Shown: positions 49,199 through 57,191, counted from the first letter of the stretch. The stretch is 64,000 bases of DNA from a virus (IMGVR_UViG_2974668079_000001:12351-76350), one strand, 5' to 3'. Notes: a model not told the origin generated them from the letters alone. A program made the numbers and translations.

Positions 49199-49559
49199 CA
49201 CGGAATTAGGAATCGGTGATACCGTGGAGGTGATTGTCACTGCCAATCACTTCCTAGAGAAATTTTGTAGAGTGGGTCGTATTACTAAGAAGCATGGCTC
49301 ATTCTACTGGGTAAAGTTCAAGTTTAACTTTAGTAACGACAATAAGCATTTGCACTGTTACGACCAGATTGACTTCGGACCATTTAGCATCAACCAATTA
49401 AAACTGTTGGAGAAAAATACCAATGACACAAGCAGCGAAGAAAGTACTAAGCCTAACGGACATCATCGGAAAGTTCGCAGGCAGCGTAATCGAGTTGAAC
49501 CAGAACAAATTTCCCGCAAACCTAGAAAGCGTCGTGCAAGACTTAGCACACCACTTTAA
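49191..49559 (+). CDS. Hypothetical protein (KOW/SH3-like N-terminus)
   Basis: IGDTVEV..VGRITK; the 3' end overlaps the next gene. Confidence 0.5.
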   Translation: MSNTELGIGDTVEVIVTANHFLEKFCRVGRITKKHGSFYWVKFKFNFSNDNKHLHCYDQIDFGPFSINQLKLLEKNTNDTSSEESTKPNGHHRKVRRQRNRVEPEQISRKPRKRRARLSTPL

Positions 49560-50607
49560 GTTCTTCTCACAAAACCTAGGCGGCGTAGATATGGTGGACT
49601 ACAGCCGTGGTGAGTTTTACGACTTACTACACGAGTACATCATGGCAGACGTCCGCTGTGAAGAGTGGAATCGCCCCGACGGTGAAGGGCACTTTATCGA
49701 CCTAGTTGCACTTGTGCAGAACGTGACTTACGCCCTCTATGGTCCGCTAAGCGTTGTCCATGAAGTACCACCAGAGAATGATTACTCACGCTTGGATTCA
49801 TTCGATAGTAAGAAGCAGGTGCGTGCAGCGGTGATCGCATCGTACTCGATTGAAGACTGTGAAGTGACTGTCCACGTGGAAGGCGACGACCAGTACCCAC
49901 TAGAGACAATCAAAGTAACCCACGACTTCTTCGCCCGTGCTGTACCAGTGGCGGACCAGTCAGTTTTAGTAATCTACGAGAACGGCTATCAGTCGCACAG
50001 CCCACTCGATGTATTCAAAGCTGGTCACGTACGTTCATTCGCTATCAAAGACCCGGCGTCTACAATGCCTCCGGCAGCGTACATGGACAGCTGTGAGATG
50101 ACGCTATCGGAACAGTACTTTGAGCCTGACGCTACGATCATTAACTGCATGAAAGAGTTCATCGTTAGTGGTAACGTTCTGGATGGGTTCAAGAAGTCTA
50201 TCTACTACGGCAAAGAAGCCCCGGTAGTTGACTTGATGGAAAAGCTAGAGCTAACAGACATCGCAGACTGGCGAGCACTAAACCCACACGAGCAGAAGAT
50301 CCTACATGCCGTTCTGGGTATGGCTACGGAGAGCACCGAGTTAGTCGAGCAAATCTACGGCTACATGTTCCAAGGTAAGGAACTGGACCTTAAGAACTTG
50401 TACGAAGAAGTAGGCGACAACTTATTCTACGTAAGCACTATGCTCAAGTGCCTAGGTGTTTCTTACGAGCAGGCAATGTACGACAACCACATGAAACGCA
50501 TGAAGCGTTACGCAGGTGGTAAGTTCTCCCCAGAAGCGGCAATCAACCGCGATGTGGAAGCGGAGTTGCAACAGCTTACTAAGAGTGGTAATCTAGCTGG
50601 GCAGTAA
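49423..50607 (+). CDS. Multidomain protein with a C-terminal MazG-like NTP pyrophosphohydrolase
   Basis: HAVLGMATESTEL..EEVGDNLFY..NHMKRMKRY; middle domain YENGYQSHSPLDVF. Confidence 0.75.
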   Translation: MTQAAKKVLSLTDIIGKFAGSVIELNQNKFPANLESVVQDLAHHFKFFSQNLGGVDMVDYSRGEFYDLLHEYIMADVRCEEWNRPDGEGHFIDLVALVQNVTYALYGPLSVVHEVPPENDYSRLDSFDSKKQVRAAVIASYSIEDCEVTVHVEGDDQYPLETIKVTHDFFARAVPVADQSVLVIYENGYQSHSPLDVFKAGHVRSFAIKDPASTMPPAAYMDSCEMTLSEQYFEPDATIINCMKEFIVSGNVLDGFKKSIYYGKEAPVVDLMEKLELTDIADWRALNPHEQKILHAVLGMATESTELVEQIYGYMFQGKELDLKNLYEEVGDNLFYVSTMLKCLGVSYEQAMYDNHMKRMKRYAGGKFSPEAAINRDVEAELQQLTKSGNLAGQ

Positions 50608-50659
50608 AGTAAATCAGCTTCCATAACTCTATGTAGGTTCCGGGCTTGGACCACATGTT

Positions 50660-50689
50660 TGAGGTCTCCGAAAGGGGACCTCTTTTTTT
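50660..50689 (+). terminator. Rho-independent terminator
   Basis: GAGGTCTCC-GAAA-GGGGACCTC followed by a T-run. Confidence 0.85.
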
Positions 50690-50749
50690 ATCTGTAGAAT
50701 GTAGGTATCCTATCCCCGGTAAATAGCACTTTAGTTGACGGGGAGCCCT

Positions 50750-51244
50750 ATGTCAGAACAAGCAGAAGAGAAGCCACGCAGACGTCGCCAGCGCAAGCAG
50801 ATATTGAGCGTTGCCCAGCGTCGTCTCCAGCGCACGTGGAAGCTGGATGAAGAGACGAAAGAGAAATTCATCGAAGCGATCCTAAAGGGCATGAGCGAAG
50901 AGCGTGCCTGTATGTTAGTAAGAATCAACAAGCTGCACTACTTCGAGAAGAAGAAGAAAGTACACGAGTACTTGAACTCAGGTATTGAGCCTACGGGTGG
51001 GGACGACCCACGCAGTAATATCGACGAGTGGGCTATGTTCATTGAAGAGGTCGAGGCGGCAGTAGCCGAGCATGAGCTAAACCTAATCGACGACGCCTTA
51101 GACATTGATTCTGAGTCGAAGAACAAGAACTACTGGGCGCGTAACATGACAATCCTTGAACGTCGTAACCGTACAGACTGGGGTCGTCAGGAATCTATCA
51201 CACACAGCATCGGGCACTACGACCCGGATGACAGATTCCTTTAA
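50750..51244 (+). CDS. terS: Probable terminase small subunit
   Basis: N-terminal HTH (EKFIEAILKGMSEERACMLV) and W...ILERR....WGR C-terminal motif. Confidence 0.6.
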   Translation: MSEQAEEKPRRRRQRKQILSVAQRRLQRTWKLDEETKEKFIEAILKGMSEERACMLVRINKLHYFEKKKKVHEYLNSGIEPTGGDDPRSNIDEWAMFIEEVEAAVAEHELNLIDDALDIDSESKNKNYWARNMTILERRNRTDWGRQESITHSIGHYDPDDRFL

Positions 51245-51260
51245 TCTTAGTAAACAACCT

Positions 51261-51285
51261 AGGGAGCTTCGGCTCCCTTTTCTTT
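51261..51285 (+). terminator. Rho-independent terminator
   Basis: GGGAGC-TTCG-GCTCCC followed by a T-run. Confidence 0.8.
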
Positions 51286-51336
51286 TGGGCGTCGTATAGG
51301 TGATCGTCACCAACAAAGCCTAGGAGGAATGGCATA

Positions 51337-52023
51337 GTGAAAGAACGTTACCGTGACGAGCTCACGTGGTGGGAGAAGCGACTAGGTGTTTGGCGAGTTA
51401 ACAAGGACTCATACGACACAACTTGGGGCTACTTCGCACCGCGCTGGGCTCTGGAGTTCAAGGTCAATGCAGGCGGGTACTTTAGTAACCAGTGCTCGCT
51501 AGATGTGGGGTTCATCTGGGGACTGTTTCACATTAAGCTGCCGATACGTCTTAAGAATCACGAGGAGAGCTGTGAGTGGAACGACTACGGCTTTATGTGG
51601 TACGAGAACCAATGGGTATTCAAATGGGGCGAGAAGTCTAAGTGGTGGGATGTTCCATTTATCTCGTGGACCTTTGACTTCCATCATGTAATGCACAAAG
51701 ACGGGCATTGGGTAAATGGCGACCAAGCGTGGAAGAACGAGGAGATTGAAAAAGAAATCTTTGATTACACGTATGTATTAGAGTCCGGGGAAGTTCAGCA
51801 CCGCAAGGCAACTTGCTACCGTGAGCGACGCCAGTGGCACCGTAAGTGGCTTCCGTTCCTAAAGCGTACAGTTACTTCGATTAGTATCGAGTTTGATGAC
51901 GAGGTGGGAGAGCGTAGCGGTACTTGGAAAGGCGGTACTATGGGATGCGGTTGGGACCTACTGCCTAACGAGACAATCGAGCAGTGCTTACGCCGTATGG
52001 AAAAAGAACGCAAGTTCACCTAA
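51337..52023 (+). CDS. Hypothetical Trp-rich protein
   Basis: AGGAGG RBS with GTG start; 228 aa. Confidence 0.7.
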   Translation: MKERYRDELTWWEKRLGVWRVNKDSYDTTWGYFAPRWALEFKVNAGGYFSNQCSLDVGFIWGLFHIKLPIRLKNHEESCEWNDYGFMWYENQWVFKWGEKSKWWDVPFISWTFDFHHVMHKDGHWVNGDQAWKNEEIEKEIFDYTYVLESGEVQHRKATCYRERRQWHRKWLPFLKRTVTSISIEFDDEVGERSGTWKGGTMGCGWDLLPNETIEQCLRRMEKERKFT

Positions 52024-52095
52024 ACAACTTTTTAACCACGTATAATTAACAGCAACCGGGAATAATCCCTTAACTTTAGTAAAAAGGAAACTCTA

Positions 52096-52815
52096 ATGAG
52101 TAAGAAACTATTAGTACCATCATTTGCAACTGCGCTTGTAGCATTCAAAGACGAATTACTACAGCGTGCAGCTGAAGTGAAGCAGAAAGCGGGTGAAATG
52201 GCTTTTGACATCCTAACAGGTGGTTCAACTACCGTAGACACTGAGAAGGCAATCTCGAATGCTCAGGGCGCTGTGGGTGCCTACGAGTTTGCACATGAGG
52301 CGGTACAAGCCTTACTACAACACTTCGGTGTAGATGGTGCGATCCATCTGGTCATTGCCGGGGACTTAGACTCAATTGTGATCGGGAAGCCTAAGAACGT
52401 TCCTACCATGACCTTGATTACGTCACGCGACCTACACCTAGTAGAAGGTGGTCACGTATTCGTGCAGGATAAGGCAGGCGAGTTCTACGTGCAGATCCAG
52501 AGTATTACTAAGACTGAAGGCACCGCCGATGTTTCTCCAGAGTTTACCTACGTGGCTAAAATCCTAGGTACTTTGACTCCGGGGTACGTCGAGGCTACTC
52601 CAGCAACGTCTACAGGTCGTAGTTCAGCACGCAAGCCAGCTGCCGCTAACAAGCCTAAGCCGGGTAACAAAACTGCAAGCAAGCCAGCGGCTAAGAACCC
52701 ACCACGCTCACGTAAGCCACGTGGTCAGAAGCCAGAAACAAAGCCAGCGGAAAAGGCTGCGGAGAACGGCTCAAAAAACGCGGAAGCGGCAAGCAGTCAG
52801 GAAGGCGCAAACTAA
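52096..52815 (+). CDS. Hypothetical protein with a Lys/Pro/Ala-rich tail
   Basis: AAGGA RBS; histone-like KPAA repeats at the C-terminus. Confidence 0.7.
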   Translation: MSKKLLVPSFATALVAFKDELLQRAAEVKQKAGEMAFDILTGGSTTVDTEKAISNAQGAVGAYEFAHEAVQALLQHFGVDGAIHLVIAGDLDSIVIGKPKNVPTMTLITSRDLHLVEGGHVFVQDKAGEFYVQIQSITKTEGTADVSPEFTYVAKILGTLTPGYVEATPATSTGRSSARKPAAANKPKPGNKTASKPAAKNPPRSRKPRGQKPETKPAEKAAENGSKNAEAASSQEGAN

Positions 52816-52885
52816 CCAAAGCTGACTTGCCAGTGGACCGCTGGAGAGTAGCATTCGATTTGATGAGTGCCAATTAGTAAAACCT

Positions 52886-52907
52886 AGGGAGCTTCGGCTC
52901 CCTTTTT
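52886..52907 (+). terminator. Rho-independent terminator
   Basis: GGGAGC-TTCG-GCTCCC followed by TTTTT. Confidence 0.8.
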
Positions 52908-52911
52908 CGTG

Positions 52912-52971
52912 CCTAAGTGCCTAGGTGTTTTCGACCTAAGTGCCTAGGTAGTTTGAGCCTAAGTGCCTAGG
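52912..52971. repeat. Tandem array A: 3 x CCTAAGTGCCTAGG, 23-bp period
   Basis: Copies at 52912, 52935 and 52958. Confidence 0.95.
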
Positions 52972-53102
52972 CTGTTTAGTAAAAACCACCCGATGTCGGG
53001 ATTCCCGTGATCGGGCAGGAAGCCCCGCCCCGTACAGCTTTCCGCTGAATTTACACCCTTTTGGTGATCACCCCCGGAACTGAAAAATAGTTCAAAAAAC
53101 TG

Positions 53103-53130
53103 TTTACTATTAGTAAAAACCGCGTATAGT
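53103..53130 (+). promoter_or_regulatory. Sigma70-type promoter
   Basis: TTTACT-N16-TATAGT with TTAGTAA in the spacer. Confidence 0.55.
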
Positions 53131-53158
53131 TAACCGGGTAGACAAGGAGCACGCAACA

Positions 53159-53266
53159 ATGCACAAACTACTTGAAGGCTTCACGCTATTACTCGCCTCT
53201 ATACTAATTATGGGCGGTGATTCAATAATAGACTTAGCCTATAACTTTTTTAGTAATTTATTTTAG
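53159..53266 (+). CDS. 35-aa hydrophobic peptide (not in the ORF track)
   Basis: AAGGAG RBS; MHKLLEGFTLLLASILIMGGDSIIDLAYNFFSNLF. Confidence 0.6.
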   Translation: MHKLLEGFTLLLASILIMGGDSIIDLAYNFFSNLF

Positions 53267-53274
53267 TAAAGGTG

Positions 53275-53303
53275 TTGACTCACTAAAAACAGTTTAGTAA
53301 AGT
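53275..53303 (+). promoter_or_regulatory. Sigma70-type promoter for parB
   Basis: TTGACT-N17-TAAAGT; TTAGTAA overlaps the -10 element. Confidence 0.65.
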
Positions 53304-53348
53304 CAGCAACCAGAAACACGGTCACTCATTAGTAAGAGGAAAACGGAA

Positions 53349-54395
53349 ATGACTAAACGAGCTTCAGAACTTGCCAAAAACACTGCTTTTAACGATTTGT
53401 TCGCTTCAAGCAAAACGGGCTTCAACGTTGCCGAAATGAAAGACGGCGACAAGGTTAAGAAAGACTTCCGCACGTATGTAATCCACCCGTCGGCAATTCG
53501 TGTAATTGACGGCTTTAACTCCCGCATGGATTACGGCGATATTGAAGAGCTGGCGATGAGTCTTAAAGCCGAGCACGAAAACACCGGGCAGGCACTTATC
53601 CAACCGTTGATCTTGATGTCGGTTAAGGGCGAGAAAGACACTTACGATCTTATCGCTGGGCACCGTAGAATTATGGCGGTGCAGTGGTTGTGGGAGAATC
53701 TACAGTATGACGTGGGCGGCTTGATGGCTCGCATCTACAAGTACGATACGCCTTACCACCACATGATCGGCGTTAACATGCGCGAGAATGACCAAAAGCC
53801 ACTGTTACCGATTGAAGAGGCGATCAACTTCAAGCGCCTTAAAGATGCAGATTACACGCTGGAGCAGATCCGAGATCTTAGTGGTCGATCAATCTGTCAT
53901 ATTAGTAAGCGTTTAACGCTTCTAACTGGTGCGGACGAAGTTGTGGACGCGGTAGCATCCGGGGAACTTCAATCACAAATGGCGGCTGAAATTGTCGTAC
54001 GTCGTAAGGGTGACATCGAAGGACAAAAGGAGCTTGTCAAGAAAGCCACGGAAAGCAAGGAAGGCAACCGCGCTGTACGCCAGCAACTTAAGGCGGAAAT
54101 GAACTCAACCGGACGCAAGAAACGCGCTAAGAAAGCGGAGAAGACCGGGGACAAAGGCGACGTTAAAAACAAGCGCCTAACTCAAAAAGAGCATGACGAA
54201 TTAGTAACATCTCATGCGATGTGGGCGGCTGACTTTGTGAAGACGTACGGTATCCCGGTTGATCAGGTCGAAGTCATGAAAAAGGCGGGAGAGTTACGCG
54301 CTGAAGGTGACGCCGGGTATCGTAAGCTTACTAAGATGCTTCAAGAATTTGGAAAGATTGACGGAATCGCGCTTGTGCTAGGCATCGACTTATAA
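53349..54395 (+). CDS. ParB/Spo0J-family protein (CTPase domain plus HTH)
   Basis: FNSR, LIQPL, LIAGHRRIMA, RENDQKPLLPIEEA and TLEQIRDLSGRS..HISKRLTLL motifs. Confidence 0.88.
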   Translation: MTKRASELAKNTAFNDLFASSKTGFNVAEMKDGDKVKKDFRTYVIHPSAIRVIDGFNSRMDYGDIEELAMSLKAEHENTGQALIQPLILMSVKGEKDTYDLIAGHRRIMAVQWLWENLQYDVGGLMARIYKYDTPYHHMIGVNMRENDQKPLLPIEEAINFKRLKDADYTLEQIRDLSGRSICHISKRLTLLTGADEVVDAVASGELQSQMAAEIVVRRKGDIEGQKELVKKATESKEGNRAVRQQLKAEMNSTGRKKRAKKAEKTGDKGDVKNKRLTQKEHDELVTSHAMWAADFVKTYGIPVDQVEVMKKAGELRAEGDAGYRKLTKMLQEFGKIDGIALVLGIDL

Positions 54396-54405
54396 GGTGC
54401 AAGTT

Positions 54406-54572
54406 TAACCGGGTAATTTCGGTAGGGAGCTCCCCCTTATTAGCTCCCCTTTTTAAAGGGCTTCCGTGTGGAGTCTTTTAGAAAGATATACCACTGCTAG
54501 CCGGGTAATTACGGCAGGGCTACCTTACAGCCCACTTTTTAAAGCGCATTTAGTAAAGTGCGTTTTAACAAG
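54406..54572 (+). ncRNA. Two tandem copies of a three-hairpin structured element
   Basis: 54406-54485 and 54498-54572 share their layout and show compensatory base changes. Confidence 0.5.
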
Positions 54573-54594
54573 TACAACAATCGGAGTCAGATAA

Positions 54595-55056
54595 ATGCTA
54601 CTAGCAAAAAACCTACAGCGTGCGCCTTACCTTAAGACTTTAGGCGATACCCTTTTCGCTCACTGCGTGCAGGATCTACCATTCACGGCGCTTGATACCG
54701 CGCCAGCCTTCACCCTTACTATTACTAAGGGCGGGGACCTAGCAACAGCTCACACGCTGGCAATCCGCGATGTGGAGGAGGTCCACGATATAGCCCGCCA
54801 CTTTAAGACCGGGGCTAAACGCCTACACGGAATCCAGATCTTTAATGACCCGCTTGCTATCTTTGAGCAGCACGGCGGTCACACGTGGACCGGGAAGGCG
54901 ATTTATAACGCGTTTATTGCCAACAGCTCAACACTGGGCAAGAAATGGATCAAGCAAGCGAGCGCGTACGATATTATGAAAACTGTCAATACCGTCAATG
55001 ATCGTGCGTTTAGTGTATGGGTAGAGGAATTATGCGCAAAGGTGGAGGAATGCTAA
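54595..55056 (+). CDS. Hypothetical protein
   Basis: 153-aa ORF with GGAG RBS. Confidence 0.65.
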   Translation: MLLAKNLQRAPYLKTLGDTLFAHCVQDLPFTALDTAPAFTLTITKGGDLATAHTLAIRDVEEVHDIARHFKTGAKRLHGIQIFNDPLAIFEQHGGHTWTGKAIYNAFIANSSTLGKKWIKQASAYDIMKTVNTVNDRAFSVWVEELCAKVEEC

Positions 55057-55388
55057 AACGCTCTATAATCGCCGCTGTGCTGTTTTTCAGTGCTAACATG
55101 GCTCATGGTGCCACTGACTGGCAAAACGTTCAATCTGACGCGTTTGCGGCGCGATTTGCGGTACAGTCAATGATTCCTTCTCGCTGTATTTACCCGGAAC
55201 GCTTCAACCGCTTCTATAAATCGGTGAAGGCTGACGGTTTTGATACTGCTTTGCTGAAGGATGATAAATTCCTTACTAAGATTAAGCGCGAGAAAGCTAG
55301 TCTTAAAAAGTGGCTGGGTACAACTGACGACGGTTGTGCAATCATTAGCAAGCAATTCCCTAACCAGTATTACAAGGGATTCTTTTAA
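55050..55388 (+). CDS. Secreted/periplasmic protein
   Basis: GGAGG RBS; signal peptide MLKRSIIAAVLFFSANMAHG; two Cys. Confidence 0.65.
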   Translation: MLKRSIIAAVLFFSANMAHGATDWQNVQSDAFAARFAVQSMIPSRCIYPERFNRFYKSVKADGFDTALLKDDKFLTKIKREKASLKKWLGTTDDGCAIISKQFPNQYYKGFF

Positions 55389-55417
55389 ACTATTTTACTA
55401 ATTCGGAGACTCGAATC

Positions 55418-55738
55418 ATGGCAGAACTACAACTTCCTAACACAATCGCGGCGGCGGCTAAGAACCTACCAAACGAAGCGCGTGCAATCCTATTGCAGAA
55501 GTACCGCGACCAAGCTAAGAGCAAGGGCTTGAACTGGGTATGCTGGCTGTTTGGTCTACAGCACTTCTACCAAGGCAAGATCGGAACGGGCATCCTCTTC
55601 CTTTGTCTTATCCCGGTAGGTGTCAGCTTTGTGTGGTGGATTATTGAAGCCTTCCGCAATAACAAGCAGATTGACCGCTATAACGACACGCTGGCAATGG
55701 AGCTGTTCGCAGAGTCTAAGCTGCTAGCAAGCGACTAG
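55418..55738 (+). CDS. TM2-domain membrane protein
   Basis: WLFGLQHFYQGKIGTGILFL..WWIIE motif. Confidence 0.8.
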   Translation: MAELQLPNTIAAAAKNLPNEARAILLQKYRDQAKSKGLNWVCWLFGLQHFYQGKIGTGILFLCLIPVGVSFVWWIIEAFRNNKQIDRYNDTLAMELFAESKLLASD

Positions 55739-55766
55739 CTGAAAAGCCTAAGCACTTATTACTAAT

Positions 55767-55795
55767 AAGCCTCGGAATGTTCCGGGGCTTTTTTG
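55767..55795 (+). terminator. Rho-independent terminator
   Basis: AAGCCTCGGAA-TG-TTCCGGGGCTT followed by a T-run. Confidence 0.8.
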
Positions 55796-55805
55796 ATCGG
55801 GGATG

Positions 55806-55910
55806 CCTAGGCACTTTGAAAAATTTTACCTAGGCACTTTGAAAAATTTTACCTAGGCACTTTGAAAAATTTTACCTAGGAGGTTTGAAAAATTTTGCCT
55901 AGGAGGTTTG
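55806..55910. repeat. Tandem array B: 5 x 23 bp CCTAGG(CAC/AGG)TTTGAAAAATTTTA
   Basis: Copies at 55806, 55829, 55852, 55875 and 55898; the core is the reverse complement of array A. Confidence 0.95.
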
Positions 55911-56311
55911 GGATTCTGGTGGGATTTCGGACCGGGTAGGTGTCAAACCACTTGAGAAGATTTTACATCTTTTCACTTGACTTGAGATCTTTTTATATCT
56001 TTTTAGGTTTTCTTCCGGGCATAGCATAGCCGGGATCGTTAGTAAACCCTTTTTAGTAAATTTTATGTTTTCCACTTCCACCGGGAAGCGGTCCCGGCGT
56101 GGAAGGCGTCGCCAGTTGGACCGGGAACCCGGCAACCGGGCAACCGGGAAGGCGTCCCCGTTGTGGTGCCTATTACCACAAATTGCGGATCAACTACCAA
56201 ACACTTTTTAATAGTTTTTAGTAATAAGCATATAACAATTTAATTTACTAAAATTATTGAAGTTGCCCGCCGTTTTTAGTAAACGCGTGCGCCCGGTCTA
56301 TTTACCATTAG

Positions 56312-56374
56312 TAAAAAAATAATTGTTGAAAGTTTAAAAAAGGTATTGTAACCGGGAACGGGTTTTAGTAAGAT
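56312..56374 (+). promoter_or_regulatory. Early promoter 1
   Basis: AAAAATAATTGTTGAAAGTT UP-like element; TTGTAA-N17-TAAGAT. Confidence 0.75.
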
Positions 56375-56431
56375 GTATCACAAGGAAGGCGGGAAGGGTT
56401 CCCGGCTATGGCAAACAATGGAGCGCCGATC

Positions 56432-56536
56432 ATGTTTATAGATTTGAACAAAGTTGCACTACTTCCCAACTTTGATTGGATGTTTTGGACCGGGATCGCG
56501 TGCGCCGCTTATATCGTTTGGAAATTCTCAAAATGA
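56432..56536 (+). CDS. 34-aa membrane peptide (not in the ORF track)
   Basis: GGAG RBS; MFIDLNKVALLPNFDWMFWTGIACAAYIVWKFSK; ATGA overlap with the next gene. Confidence 0.55.
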   Translation: MFIDLNKVALLPNFDWMFWTGIACAAYIVWKFSK

Positions 56537-56685
56537 AAATATTACTAATTTGTGCCGTTATCGCTGGCGGTCTAGTATCATGCGATCAAGTTATGACAGC
56601 TAAAGCCGTGAAAACGTGCGAGGCTAAAAAGCAAGCCGGGGGATTGTCCGCACCTTTTAACAATTGTGATATTTTGAAATTTTAG
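56533..56685 (+). CDS. Small lipoprotein (50 aa)
   Basis: MKILLICAVIAGGLVS-C lipobox; two further Cys. Confidence 0.65.
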   Translation: MKILLICAVIAGGLVSCDQVMTAKAVKTCEAKKQAGGLSAPFNNCDILKF

Positions 56686-56746
56686 TAAAAATAATTGTTG
56701 AAAGTTGGTTTTTCCTATTGTACCCGGACCGGGTTTTTAGTAATAT
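56686..56746 (+). promoter_or_regulatory. Early promoter 2
   Basis: Same UP-like element; TTGTAC-N17-TAATAT. Confidence 0.75.
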
Positions 56747-56776
56747 AACCATATCGAAGCAAACAAACATTTAAGG

Positions 56777-57178
56777 ATGTCACTTATGTTTAACCGTCAA
56801 ACTCAAAAACAAAAGATCTTTTCGTTAGCGTGGGACAATGCTCGCCACGCTGCAAACTTCCACGGCGGCGAGCCCCGCGAATATTTCGCGGAATCTCTAA
56901 AGCTTGCTTACCGTGGCGTAAAACTGGCAAACGTAAAACCACGATCTGAAGTTTTCACACTGGATCTAGTTAGCGCGGTTTTGTGTGGCATCCTTGCAAT
57001 TGCAATAATTCTCTTTTCAATCTGGATCGGTCATCCAGCGGCTATTCTATCCGCGCTTATCGGTTTGGCAATCGGTGCCGCTGGTTGGTCTGATTTCGAA
57101 CTGCACTTGCAAGAAATTGCAGAAAACAAACGAATCAATAAAAATACTAATTTTAACCGTCTAGTAATTGACTTTTAA
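56777..57178 (+). CDS. Hypothetical membrane protein
   Basis: N-terminal AW..A....GG..REYFAESLKLAY phage motif plus two TM segments. Confidence 0.65.
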   Translation: MSLMFNRQTQKQKIFSLAWDNARHAANFHGGEPREYFAESLKLAYRGVKLANVKPRSEVFTLDLVSAVLCGILAIAIILFSIWIGHPAAILSALIGLAIGAAGWSDFELHLQEIAENKRINKNTNFNRLVIDF

Positions 57179-57191
57179 GTAAGGGCATACC

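Noticed and set aside
49423-49559. Arg-rich C-terminal tail of the 49191 ORF as part of the Arg-tag pattern
   Set aside because: It is encoded in the overlap with the next gene, so it may be a by-product of that frame; the same applies to the last 55 aa of 32537
53349-54395. Plasmid-prophage (temperate) lifestyle inferred from ParB
   Set aside because: No ParA, repressor, integrase or protelomerase was recognised in the window; this cannot be fully excluded for sequence outside it
54406-54572. tRNA genes (copy 2 has a 7-nt loop with CTT at the anticodon position)
   Set aside because: There is no acceptor-stem pairing, TTC T-loop or CCA, and the loop lacks U33; kept only as a tRNA-half-like motif
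52912-55910. CRISPR array
   Set aside because: The repeats are contiguous 23-bp tandem units without unique spacers of about 30 nt, and no cas genes are present
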